Source: Macrostomum lignano
Taxonomy: Eukaryota
Assembly (NCBI GenBank): GCA_002269645.1
Contig: NIVC01002351.1
Location: forward strand, 1-64,000
DNA: 64,000 nt
Reading direction: 5' to 3'
Numbering within the stretch: the first letter of the stretch is position 1; the number at the start of each line of letters is the position of its first letter. The notes under the pieces are model-generated. The model did no database searches. It saw only the letters and a list, made by a program, of their open reading frames with translations, and had not been told where the DNA came from. The translations under genes were made by a program, and so were the position numbers. Below are positions 25,610 through 38,493 of the stretch, one piece after another.

Positions 25610-28600
25610 TGGATTTACAGAGTGCTATTTTGGATTAACAGAACGCCATTTTGGATTTACAGAACGCCATTTTGGATTTACAGAGTGCCATTTTGGATTT
25701 ACAGAATGCCATTTTGGATTTACAGAACGCCATTTTGGATTTACAGAGTGCCATTTTGGATTTACAGAGTGCCATTTTGGATTTACAGAGTGCCATATTG
25801 GATTTACAGAGTGCCATTTTGGATTTACAGAGTGCCATTTTGGATTTACAGAGTGCCATTTTGGATTTACAGAGTGCCATTTTGGATTTACAGAGTGCCA
25901 TTTTGGATTTTCAGAGTGCCATATTGGATTTACAGAGTGCCATTTTGGATTTTCAGAGTGCCATTTTGTATTTACAGAGTGCCATTTTGGATTTACAGAG
26001 TGCCATTTTGGATTTACAGAGTGCCATTTTGATTGAATTTACAGAGTGCCATTTTGATTGGATTTACAGAGTGCCATTTTGATTGGATTTACAGAGTGCC
26101 ATTTTGGATTTACAGAGTGCCATTTTGATTGGATTTACAGAGTGCCATTTTGGATTTACAGAACGCCATTTTGGATTTACAGAGTACCATTTTGGATTTA
26201 CAGAGTGCCATTTTGGATTTACAGAGTGCCATATTGAATTTACAGAGTGCCATTTTGGATTTACAGAGTGCCATTTTGATTGGATTTACAAGTGCCATTT
26301 TGGATTTCAGAGTGCCATTTTGGATTTACAGAACGCCATTTTGGATTTACAGAACGCCATTTTGGATTTACAAAGTGCCATTTTGGATTTACAGAATGCC
26401 ATTTTGGATTTACAGAACGCCATTTTGGATTTAAAGAGTGCCATTTTGGATTTACAGAGTGCCATTTTGGATTTACAGAGTGCCATATTGGATTTACAGA
26501 GTGCCATTTTGGATTTACAGAGTGCCATTTTGGATTTACAGAGTGCCATTTTGGATTTACAGAGTGCCATTTTGGATTTTCAGAGTGCCATATTGGATTT
26601 ACAGAGTGCCATTTTGGATTTACAGAGTGCCATTTTGTATTTACAGAGTGCCATTTTGGATTTACAGAGTGCTATTTTGGATTTACACAACGCCATTTTG
26701 GATTTACAGAGTGCCATTTCGGATTTACAGAGTGCCATTTTCGATTTACAGAGTGCCATTTTCGATTTACAGAGTGCCATTTTGGGTTTACAGAGTGCCA
26801 TTTTGGATTTACAGAGTGCCTTTTTCGATTTACAGAACGCCATTTTGGATTTACAGAATGCCATATTGGATTTTCAGAGTGCCATTTTGGATTTCAGAGT
26901 GCCATTTTGGATTTACAGAACGCCATTTTGGATTTACAGAGTGCTATTTTGGATTTACAGAGTGCCATTTTGGATTTACAGAGTGCCATTTTGGATTTAC
27001 AGAGTGCCATTTTGGATTTACAGAGTGCCATTTTGATTGAATTTACAGAGTGCCATTTTGATTGGATTTACAGAGTGCCATTTTGATTGGATTTACAGAG
27101 TGCCATTTTGATTGGATTTACAGAGTGCTATTTTGGATTTACAGAGTGCCTTTTTTGATTTACAGAACGCCATTTTGGATTTACAGAATGCCATATTGGA
27201 TTTACAGAGTGCTATTTTGGATTTACAGAGTGCCTTTTTGGATTTTCAGAGTGCCATTTTGGATTTACAGAGTGCCTTTTTGGATTTACAGAACGCCATT
27301 TTGGATTTACAGAGTGCCATTTTGGATTTACAGAGTGCTATTTTGGATTTACAGAACGCCATTTTGGATTTACAGAACGCCATATTGGATTTACAGAGTG
27401 CTATTTTGGATTTACAGAGCGCCATTTTGGATTTACAGAGTGCCCTTTTGGATTTTCAGAGTGCCCTTTTGGATTTACAGAGTGCCCTTTTGGATTTTCA
27501 GAGTGCCATTTTGGATTTACAGAGTGCCCTTTTGGATTTTCAGAGTGCCATTTTGGATTTACAGAGTGCCCTTTTGGATTTTCAGAGTGCCATTTTGGAT
27601 TTTCAGAGTGCCATTTTGGATTTCAGAGTGCCATATTGAATTTACAGAGTGCCATTTTGGATTTCAGAGTGCCATTTTGGATTTACAGAACGCCATTTTG
27701 GATTTACAGAGTGCCATTTTGGATTTACAGAGTGCCATTTTGGATTTACAGAGTGCCATTTTGGATTTACAGAGTGCCATTTTGGATTTACAGAGTGCCA
27801 TATTGAATTTACAGAGTGCCATTTTGGATTTACAGAGTGCCATTTTGATTGGATTTACAGAGTGCCATTTTGGATTTCAGAGTGCCATTTTGGATTTACA
27901 GAACGCCATTTTGGATTTACAGAGTGCCATTTTGGATTTACAGAGTGCCATTTTGGATTTACAGAGTGCCATATTGAATTTACAGAGTGCCATTTTGGAT
28001 TTACAGAGTGCCATTTTGATTGAATTTACAGAGTGCCATTTTGATTGGATTTACAGAGTGCCATTTTGATTGGATTTACAGAGTGCCATTTTGGATTTAC
28101 AGAGTGCCATTTTGATTGGATTTACAGAGTGCCATTTTGGATTTACAGAGTGCCATTTTGGATTTACAGAGTGCCATATTGAATTTACAGAGTGCCATTT
28201 TGGATTTTCAGAGTGCCATTTTGGATTTACAGAGTGCCCTTTTGGATTTTCAGAGTGCCCTTTTGGATTTACAGAGTGCCCTTTTGGATTTTCAGAGTGC
28301 CATTTTGGATTTACAGAGTGCCATTTTGGATTTACAGAGTGCCATTTTGGATTTTCAGAGTGCCATTTTGGATTTACAGAGTGCCATATTGAATTTACAG
28401 AGTGCCATTTTGGATTTCAGAGTGCCATTTTGGATTTACAGAACGCCATTTTGGATTTACAGAGTGCCATTTATGATTTACAGAGTGCCATATTGAATTT
28501 ACAGAGTGCCATTTTGGATTTACAGAGTGCCATTTTGGATTTACAGAGTGTCATATTGAATTTACAGAGTGCCATTTTGGATTTACAGAGTGCCATTTTG

Positions 28601-28960
28601 GATTTACAGAGTGCCATTTTGGATTTACAGAGTGCCATTTTGGATTTACAGAGTGTCATTTTGATTGGATTTACAGAGCGCCATTTTGGATTTAAAGAGT
28701 GTCATTTTGGATTTACAGAGCGCCATTTTGGATTTACAGAGTGCCATATTGGATTTACAGAGTGCCATATTGAATTTACAGAGTGCCATTTTGGATTTAC
28801 AGAGTGCCATTTTGATTGAATTTACAGAGTGCCATTTTGATTGGATTTACAGAGTGCCATTTTGATTGGATTTACAGAGTGCCATTTTGGATTTACAGAG
28901 TGCCATTTTGATTGGATTTACAGAGTGCCATTCTGGATTTACAGAGTGCCATATTAATGG
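25610..28960. repeat. 21-bp satellite (TTTTGGATTTACAGAGTGCCA), ~3.35 kb
   Basis: Read directly; the unit length is a multiple of 3, giving LDLQSAI/FWIYRVP/FGFTECH pseudo-ORFs. Confidence 0.97.
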
Positions 28961-29399
28961 GATTTACTGAGCGTCACTTTGGAACTCTAGTATTCTTATT
29001 TTTTTGCATATCAATACTGCAAAAAAGATGCCAAATTTATTAGCAAGTCTTTACTACTCAGATCAGTAGTTTATAAGGAAAATTTAAAAGTTTCTCGGTA
29101 TAAAAATGAAGCTGAAACTAATTGAAGCACAAGAACAGAAGCAGATTTTATCAAAAAGCTGTAAAAATCAAATGCAGCAGGAAAGCAGTTGGACCACCTT
29201 CCAGCTCAAAAAATTCTTTGCATATTTTTATATTTTGAATAAACTATCGAAAGAAAACCATTAACAAAAAGGTGATAAAGCAAAAAAGAAAAGTTTCTAT
29301 AACAACTAGAAATATTGGGGAGGCAAGCTTAGGGTGAGACTTTGACATGCGATTGCAGAACGCGACTCTTATTAAATGATATTATCAAATCTGCCTGAA

Positions 29400-30010
29400 T
29401 AGTATGACTCTAATAGGGTGAGATTATCAAATTCGATTGAATAGAATGATTCTCATAGGGTGAGATTATCAAATCCGATTCGATGGATTGATTCTAATAG
29501 GGTGAGAATATCAGATCCGATTCGATGGATTGATTCTCATAGAGTGAGATTATCAAATCTAATTCGATTGATTGATCCTAATAGGGTGAGAATATCAGAT
29601 CCGATTCGATGGATTGATTCTCATAGAGTGAGATTATCAAATCTAATTCGATTGATTGATTCTCATAGGGTGAGATTATCAAATATGATTCGATGGATAG
29701 ATTCTCATAGAGTGAGATTATCAAATCTAATTCGATTGATTGATTCTCATAGGGTGAAATTATCAAATCCGATTCGATGAATTGATTCTAATAGGGTGAG
29801 ATTATCAAATCCGATTGAATGGAATGATTCTCAAAGGGTCAGATTATCAAATCCGATTGAATAGAACAAATTTCATAGGGTAAGATTATCAAATCCGATT
29901 CGATGGATTGATTCTCATAGGGTGAGATTTTCAAATCCGATTGAATAGAATGATTCTCTTAGGGTGAGATTCTCCCAAAAATTGAATGGTCGATTCTCAT
30001 AGATGAGACT
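29400..30010. repeat. 42-bp minisatellite (AGGGTGAGATTATCAAATCCGATTCGATGGATTGATTCTCAT)
   Basis: Read directly. Confidence 0.92.
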
Positions 30011-30121
30011 CTAATTGGAAACTGTTCTTCGGTTAAACCAATTAATTCTCAGGGGTCAAGAAAACGCAAAAAAATTCAAGACGAACTAAAGTCAGAACAG
30101 TAACCAGAACAAAAAACTGTC

Positions 30122-33100
30122 TCAATCAATATTAATAGGCGATTCTGGCACGCCGGATCCACTCGGCTCTGGCGAGCTTCCAGTTGACTGGCTGGCATCG
30201 AGATCCACTGGCGCTAATCGACGTCTGCCGAAACTTTTAAAATTGAAGCTTCGGGCCTGCGGTTTCGACTGCTTCTGCTGCTGTTGGTGCTGCTGCGGAC
30301 CGGACCCACAAGCAAACATTTCTGACTGAGCCAAACTGAACAGCTCCGATCGGCCGGCCGCAGCTGCACTAAGCAGGCCAGGCAGAGGCGTCGAGTGGCC
30401 AACGGACGAGGAAGCGGCCGACGTCCAAAAGCAGGGAGTCGATGGCGGCGGCGGTGGATCGACTGACTTCTTTAAACCCGGCAACGGCAGGTATGGACTA
30501 CGAATCAAGTTTTCTTTTAGCGCCAAAGGTAACACGGATGTTGGTTGGTTGCTAGGTCGGTTGCTTTCGCTGCTGAATACGGCGGAAGCGTCGACGACGA
30601 ACGAATTATTGTTGTCGATGCTGGAGACTTCGGAGAGCTTAAATAGCGGCTGCTGCTGCGGTGGTGGTTTTGCAGTTTCTGTGCCAGCCGAGGCATTGGA
30701 TAAAGAGAGCGAACTCAAGGACAACATCTGGCTAAACCGTGGAGCCTGCTGCTGTTCTTGTAGCTTACTTTTGTTGTTGACACCTTCGTCACCACATTGC
30801 TCTGTGAGATGTTCCTCGGCTGCAACTGGAGTTGGCGCCTGCGATGTGGCTCCTGGGGATTCAAGTTGATCGTTAAAGAAGTGCGGCTCAATATCGCCGG
30901 AGGGAACTTCTGCCATAGTTGACTGCGTGGACGATTTAGCTGCATCAGTCTGCGAGGTTGAAGACTCATTAACCGTTGCATCAGTCGACTTCTCAACTAG
31001 TTCATCTGGTGAAGTATCTCTTGAATAACTTGATCTCGGTACTGAAGCCTCACCAGTGTTCTTGCCTGATGGTTCAGCGTTTGAGTGTTTTGCGCGTAAC
31101 GACACTGAAGCCTCAGAGGCAGTTTGACCCGATGACTCAACGATTGAGTGATTTGATGTTGGTACCGAGTTTTCAGCTGTATTTTGGTCCGATGACTTAA
31201 CAGTTGGTTTATATGATGTCGGAATAGAGTTCTGGGATGTAGTATGGCTTGATGGCTCAGCAGTAGGCTGGTGTGATGACTCAACGGTTGAGCGTACCGA
31301 TGTCGGTACTGAAACTTTGGAAGAAGCATGGCTTGATGATTCAGCAGCAGACTGGTGTGATGACTCAACGGTTGAGCGTACCGATGTCGGTACTGAAACT
31401 TTTGAAGAAGCATGGCCTGACGACTCAACGGCTAAGCAGTCCGGTATCGTTACCTTGGCAGAAGTCTGGTTTGACGACTCAACGGTTGAGCACTCTGATG
31501 TCGGTACCGAAGCCTTGGCAGAATTTGGACGAGAAGAATCGACAACAGTCAATTCTTCTGTTGATTTTTTCAGCTCCGTGAACTGAATGGTTGACTTGGA
31601 GTTTGATTGTGCAGCAGAAGTTTCATTATGCGTCAGAGCATGGGAGCTGCTCAAAGTGGCCGATGAGGCGGTAAACTTTGACGCAGACAAATCAATCGCA
31701 CCCAGTTGCCGACACACTCGACTTCTATTGAATATGGGTGACTGCGGTACAGCATTGAAATCTGTGCTACCTGCTGCATTGTGCGTTGACGAGACTGCCG
31801 ACTGCCTGCACACGGTGGACTTTGAGTCACAAGTCTGTTCTGCTGCATATCTCACATACTCAACAGCTGGGGGAGGCATATCAGGTGCAGTTAATGGGTT
31901 TGCGTTGCTGCACAAAGCTTGGCTGCTCTTGTTAGCAGTGCAATTGGTACTAGCATTTTTCTTGACTTGCACCTCGGCTTCAGAAAATTCCTTCACTGTA
32001 TTAACAGGCGGCAAGACTCCCGTTGAATCTAGACCATTAGCAACTGCGAGTGTTAAAGTGCTGTAAGAATCCTCAAGAATTGGCGATGTAATATGCTCCT
32101 CATCCAGCTTCACTTTAGTATTTCGACCATGACAGCTCGATGCAGCGGATGTCTGCGACAGACTTCTCTTCCGACTAGTAGGCGCAACAGATAGCGTAGC
32201 GCTTTGTGACTCGCACGTGAACTCCTCATTTGGACTTCGAATCAAGTCAGTTGAGCCTCCTGTCTGAGAAAAACGAGCTGCATTTTTATCAGAATTCTGA
32301 GACAGTATCAGCTTTTCCAGAGTCTCATAGACAGAAGTAGTCGCGGGAGACTCAAATGACGGCTCTTTCAGAATCTTCTTGTCCAGAGTCTCGTAGACGG
32401 AGGCGTTCGCGGGAGACTTGAATGAAGAAGCTTTCTGAGTCTTCTTGTCCAGAGACTCGTAGGCAGAAGCATTCGCGGGAGACTCAAACGACGGCTCTTT
32501 CAGAATCTTCTTGTCCTGAGACTCGTAGGCAGAAGCATTCGCGGGAGACTCGAATGACGGCTCTTTCAGAATCTTCTTGTCCAGAGACTCGTAGGCAGAA
32601 GCGTTCGCAGGAGACACAAATGACGGCTCTTTCAGAATCTTCTTGTCCAGAGACTCGTAGGCAGAAGCATTCGCGGGAGACTCGAATGACGGCTCTTTCA
32701 GAATCTTCTTGTCCAGAGACTCGTAGGCAGAAGCATTCGCGGGAGACTCAAACGACGGCTCTTTCAGAATCTTCTTGTCCTGAGACTCGTAGGCAGAAGC
32801 ATTCGCGGGAGACTCGAATGACGGCTCTTTCAGAATCTTCTTGTCCAGAGACTCGTAGGCAGAAGCGTTCGCAGGAGACACAAATGACGGCTCTTTCAGA
32901 ATCTTCTTGTCCAGAGACTCGTAGGCAGAAGCATTCGCGGGAGACTCGAATGAAGAAGCTTTCTGAGTCTTCTTGTCCAGAGACTCGTAGACAGAAGCAT
33001 TCGCGGGAGACTCAAATGAAGAAGCTTTCTGAGTCTTCTTGTCCAGAGACTCGTAGACAGAAGCATTCGCGGGAGACTCAAATGAAGAAGCTTTCTGAGT

Positions 33101-36100
33101 CTTCTTGTCCAGAGACTCGTAGACGGAGGCACTTGCAGTAGACTTTAGCAGAGACTCTTTGTAAACTTTTCTGTCCAGAGACTCGTAGGCAGAAGCGTTC
33201 CCAGCAGACTCTGACGAAGACTCTTTCTGCATTTTGGCATTCAGAAGGCTATCAAGCCTCGTGGCCGGCGATCTAGCAAACATTGGAGTATCCGATCTTG
33301 AGAAGGCTGAAGAAGGCCTATCCGGTAGGCACTTGTCGATAGCTGGGAAAGCTTCATCAAGCGATTCGTTGGGAGCAGCGGTGGTGTCGGAGCTCGGTCC
33401 AGCAGCTGCCGGAGCTGCGCCACCCGGTGCCAAGGACTGCCAATAGGACGGAGCCTCGCTACGCAACCGATTCATCGTTGACATAATGGATTGGTATTTG
33501 CTGCTCAGAGTGTTCAGCTGGGCGGCGTAGGAGCTGCTTGGCACTGACTTCGGTGGCAATGGCTGGACGCGCGGCGACAGGGGTACAGGAGACGGCGGCG
33601 GAAATGGTGGCGACTGAGGCAGACGCGGTGGTCTTGAAGATTCATCAGTGATGAAGTTCTTGGCTACGGTGAACTTGACATTCGAGGAAGTGGTTACAGA
33701 TGATGTTGATTTAGCTGCTGTTGTTATTGCTTTTGTTTCTGCTGTTGCTGCTGTTGTTTCTGTTGTTGTTATTGTTGTTATTGTTGTTATTGTTGTTGCT
33801 GTTGTTGTTGTTTCTGCTGCGGCTGCTGATTGACTGCCAGTGTTCACAAGCTTGGCCAGATCCGGGAGGCGGCTGTGGATGTAGCGGGACTCCGATTCCT
33901 TTAGGCTGAGAGCTGGAAAACAAGGAATAAAAGTAGGAACTGCGTGGGCTTATTGTGTAAAAACTCTTAGTAATCATTATTATTAAATTCTGTGGGCTTC
34001 AAGACATCAGAGATATACTATGTAGATGTTAGATTGATATCAGATACATGTACACGCTAGATAGATATCAATGATATTAGACAAATGTTGGATAGACATG
34101 AAATATAAAATTTATAGATACTAATTGGACACAAAGTACGCTCCCATTAGATGTAAAAACAGTCTTACTAGCAAGCAGTTTGGCACCGTGAGCCGTCGCT
34201 TCAGTTTGGGTGCTGTCGTTCAACAGTAGCACCTGAAGTTGCAGGAGTCCAACGAATGCGAGCTTGCCTCGAGTCAGTTGCAGCTTCTCTGTTGCCATAG
34301 TAACACTCAGACCGATTAGTTCGGGCATTCGAAGCAATTCCCCGTCCGAGTTGATGATTTTGCTACAAATGAGAAATAATGAATTGCTGACATGAAGTTC
34401 ATAAAAGTTTTAATCTACACTGAGGTGGTACGAGTCAATTTGCCCCAGTCTCACTTGATGCAGTAGGCCTGAAACTCAATTGCTGCTTTGGCAATTGGCC
34501 AACAGAAATCTTTGCAAGCGGCTAGTCGAGTCAGCTGTTCCAGGGCGCCGGTGAACTGACCGAGGCCCTTGATGTAGGACACGATTGAAAAGCGAAAACT
34601 GAGGTACCTGCCGATGGCGGAGTCCTGCAGCTGCGGGTTGTTGAGGAGATCAAAACTTGACAAAGAACTTTTGTCGAGGTTCCGAAATCACGAAATCAAA
34701 TATCCTTCCCAGTTCTAAATCCCAACGCCGATTAGAAATCTCGATTTGAAATCCCAGAAATCAGCTTTATAGATTTTGAGGATGGATTAACTCATTGTAG
34801 ATAAACCTTAGCTATTCACGATGGAAATACATGTAAAATATAGAAATAAAGTTTTTACAAACAAAAAAGGTTCCAAAATCGATTATGACTTATCAAGGTC
34901 AACGAAAATATAATATAATAACTAATAAGGATGATAAAATATTTGATTACACCTGTCCTAATGGGCAGATGTGCAACCGACAGCTCAGCCGCAGCTATTG
35001 CGCGGCGCATCTGAAGGCTGCGTACGGCTGTTCAGTCCAAGGACTGGGGGGTCGCCACACACACCCTCAATTACCCCAGCTAATGCTGGCACCCATTTTA
35101 CAGCTGGGTGAACTGAAGCAATGCAGAGTTAAGTGTCTTGCTCAAGGACAATAATTGTTCCGAATGGGTCCAGAATCGAACCCCCGACCTTTCAGTCGCG
35201 AGTCCAAGGGGATATCGTCCTACAACCAGCACTGAGACAATTCTGCCCATTCCGCTACTCCTGAGCCAATAATGTACGGGCACGCACTCACAGGGTGTAA
35301 AGTGGCCCTGACTTTCTAAATGTCAGACATGAATGTGGCCACAAACCACGGTAACTATATATTATCTCCCATACACCCGCTGTCATTGCATCCCGCTCTC
35401 ACCTCATTAGCCATCCCGGCAACAGTGACTCCAGTAGCAATGGATTCTTTGCTGCCCTCCTGAAGCAGAGTCTCAGCGTATAGGCGCAACAGTATCGCCT
35501 GAAAGAATCGGTTCAATGGTTATTGAAAAATGCTTTCATTTTAAAATACTCAGTCTCTTTCATAGAGAGAGAGAGTGAGAGAGAGAGAGACAGTACCTTA
35601 TCGAAGCTGGCCATGCGCACTGAGGAGCTTTTTGCCAGATTAAATGCAACGCTGAGCCAGTGAATGGCGTCAGAAAATTTTCCATCTTGGAAGCGTTGCA
35701 GCCCGAAGCGGTAGAGCAGGCTGATAAATCGGAGCGACTGGTTTATTGGCAGGTTGGAGTAGATTTATAATAACGTAGGTTGGATTGTTAGATTGGTAGT
35801 TGGACACGTCGGTAGATAGTTAAGTAGTTTTATATTTAGGTATGTCGACAGTTTAACAAATTGGTTGCTGGGTAGTTTGGTAGTTGGGTAGGTTTGTTTT
35901 TGGGTAGGTTGGGTGCTAGGTAGGTTGGGTGCTAGATGGGTTGGTTGTTGGGTAGGTTGGGTGCTAGGTAGGTTGGGTGCTAGATGGGTTGGTTGTTGGG
36001 TAGGCTGGGTGCTAGGTAGGTTGGGTGCTAGGTAGGTTGGGTGCTAGATGGGTTGGTTGTTGGGTAGGCTGGGTGCTAGGTAGGTTGGGTGCTGGGTATT

Positions 36101-38091
36101 TTTGGGTAGGTTGGGTGTTGGTTAGGTTGGTTGTTGGGTATTGTTGAGTAGGTTGGGTGTTGGTTAGGTTGGTTGTTGGGTAGGTTATATTGGGTTATGT
36201 TAGGCTGGTTGTTGGCAGCATTGATAGATCTATGTTGGCAACTGTGTTGGGTAGATAAGCACTGCGTCAAGCGGTAGTCAGCCATTAACTTACGTGCATA
36301 TTGAGTTTAGCATCGCTAACTAAATCTAGCAGAAGATTCTCATAGTCCAACACCTTGTGATCTTTGTTCCTGCCGTCCATCTGGAAAGCATTAGTTTGAA
36401 ACCATAACTGTAATACTACGTCTATTAGAGTGCAATAGCGGTTAGGCTGTATGCTCGCGCACTTACAAACCAGATCTCTAACTGCATTTTAATCATAGTC
36501 AATGCTACTGAATTTGAAAAATGTCTCAAATCGACGTTTCCGCCGCTAAAGTACACCTTGGCCTCGTTGTAATAGGCCTTGGTGAAGCCCAGCACTCGCT
36601 GACAGTCGGCCGTACTGTTGTGGATAAGGAACAGGCTGCAAGTTTCCATGGCACACTGGAAGTTGGTACGTTTTTAAAAAGTAAAACTGATAAACAGGCG
36701 CGATTCTTGTCAATTGTAGAGACTAGTCTCTAATAAATAAAAGCATCATACCACGCAAAAGAACTTCATATCGCGGATGCGCTCGCTAAACGATGGTTCA
36801 ACAGACAGAAACAGTTCGAGCAAAAGGGCTTTGACTGTAAAAAAGAAGAGTTGGTGAAAGTCGAAAGTGCAATCGATAATACGAGTACAAATGTGAGCTT
36901 ATGATCGAGTTGGTTGAGGATCGAATGGCTGCTATAGAGGGGGCCGATTGAATGGCGGATAGAGGGGGCCGATTGAATGGCGGATAGAGGGGGCCGATTG
37001 AATGGCGGATAGACGGGGCCGATTGAATGGCGGATAGAGGGAGCCGATTGAATGGCGGATAGAGGGGGCGGATTGAATGGCGGATAGAGGGGGAGGATTG
37101 AATGGCGGATAGAGGGGGAGGATTGAATGGCGGATAGATGGGGTGGATTGAATGGCAGATAGAGGGGGCGGATTGAATGGCGGATAGAGGGGGCCGATTG
37201 AATGGCGGATAGAGGGGGCCGATTGAATGGCGGATAGAGGGGGCCGATTGAATGGCAGATAGAGGGGGCGGATTGAATGGCGGATAGAGGGGGCCGATTG
37301 AATGGCAGATAGAGGGGGCGGATTGAATGGCGGATAGAGGGGGAGGATTGAATGGCGGATAGAGGGGGCGGATTGAATGGCGGATAGAGGGGGCGGATTG
37401 AATGGCGGATAGAGGGGGCCGATTGAATGGCGGATAGAGGGGGCCGATTGAATGGCGGATAAAGGGGGCCGATTGAATAGCGGATAGAGGGGGCCGATTG
37501 AATGGCGGATAGAGGGGGCCGATTGAATGGCGGATAGAGGGGGCCGATTGAATGGCGGATAAAGGGGGCCGATTGAATGGCGGATAGAGGGGGCCGATTG
37601 AATGGCGGATAGAGGGGGCCGATTGAATGGCGGATAGAGGGGGCCGATTGAATGGCGGATAGAGGGGGCCGATTGAATGGCGGATATAGAAGGTGGATTG
37701 AATTGAGGAAACAAATAAATAGAAGGTGCAAGAATTCAAAGGCAGCATACATGCATCACCAACCTTCAAATAACGGCTTTCCCACACGCAGTCGTTTTCC
37801 GGAAGAGGTGGCAACAGAGTTCCACAAATTGCAGCATTGCTCCAGAATCTGCAAACGTTTTAGTTCGGTTCCGGTTGTTTTGGGAAATCCTACATCAAAT
37901 GATTAAAGCCTACGTAAAGCACAAATTGCATACCTGAAAACGATGTTCGCTCAGGTGCAAACCGGCCAATAATTGCCTGGAAATCAATCTTCGACAGCTG
38001 GTTATACTGTCAAAAAGATTTTGACGCCTGCAGAACGCTGCCTTGACGTCTTTGAGATGGTCTATTAAGGATTTGTAACGGTTTGGAAATT
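30122..38091 (-). CDS. TEX11: TEX11/ZIP4/SPO22-like N-terminal TPR module fused to a long Ser/Thr-rich repeat tail (~1670 aa)
   Basis: Phase-consistent exons 38091-37934, 37848-37764, 36834-36752, 36655-36467, 36380-36294, 35737-35597, 35498-35403, 34630-34455, 34362-34169, 33912-30122; possible first micro-exon 38362-38347 (MNAYT, weak). Collinear matches to human TEX11 as recalled: CCNLWNS~AVNLWNW; LLYRFG...FSDAIHWLSVAF~LCYNFG...YEESSFWLSQSY; ILLRLYA~KVLRLLA; GMANE~NLANK; KDFCWPIAK~LDFCLNIAK; RYIHSRL~NWLHNIL. Confidence 0.78.
32310..33200 (-). repeat. 66-bp coding tandem repeat (22 aa, SAYESLDKKILKEPSFESPANA), ~14-15 units
   Basis: Visible in the 1241-aa ORF; the frame stays open through all units. 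Confidence 0.93.
34905..35240 (-). mobile_element. tRNA-derived CORE-SINE in a TEX11-like intron
   Basis: Minus strand reads: tRNA-like head with B-box GGTTCGATTC (35182-35173), then GTCCTTGAGCAAGACACTTAAC...CAGTTCACCCAGCTGTAAAATGGG (35149-35092) resembling the MIR/CORE domain (ACCTTGGGCAAGTTACTTAAC...CATCTGTAAAATGGG), and an AT-rich (TATTA) tail. Confidence 0.75.
35885..36200. repeat. GT-rich ~13-bp minisatellite (TAGGTTGGGTGC) in an intron
   Basis: Read directly. Confidence 0.88.
36935..37690. repeat. 25-bp minisatellite (GAGGGGGCCGATTGAATGGCGGATA), ~30 copies, in an intron
   Basis: Read directly. Confidence 0.96.
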
Positions 38092-38493
38092 CTGTAATTC
38101 AAATCTAGTTTATTATCATGGTGTATTTTAACTTTATTCAAATCCTTAGCTGTTTAGATTACGTGCGTAATTATTCTAGGGTTTTAATGTTACGTATTTT
38201 GTTAATTTGGTTTCCGTTTCCAAGAAATGCGACTCATAATTTTAACATGTAAGTTCTAGTCTTTTTCTGTAAGCGTGTGGCAGCCTGGGACGTAGATCAA
38301 CCTAGCATGTACGTGAGATACAATAATTATAATCAGAGCCGATCACCAGTGTACGCATTCATACTAAGACAGTAAGATTTCTTATGCTCCGAGTATAGTA
38401 AATCGTCCAGGACTGACAGACGTATCTGCTGAACCATTGATATACGTTGCTAATACTCTCTCTTCGCTAGTAATATTAAATATACCGGACTCG

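Noticed and set aside
25520-28865. LDLQSAI ORFs as a coiled-coil or LRR protein
   Set aside because: A 21-bp satellite with frame-breaking insertions; all frames equally open.
30549-33909. Plus-strand ORFs over the giant exon
   Set aside because: Antisense shadows of the repeat-rich coding exon.
35160-35235. Functional tRNA gene
   Set aside because: Has a B-box but no complete cloverleaf, and runs straight into a CORE domain, so it is a SINE head.
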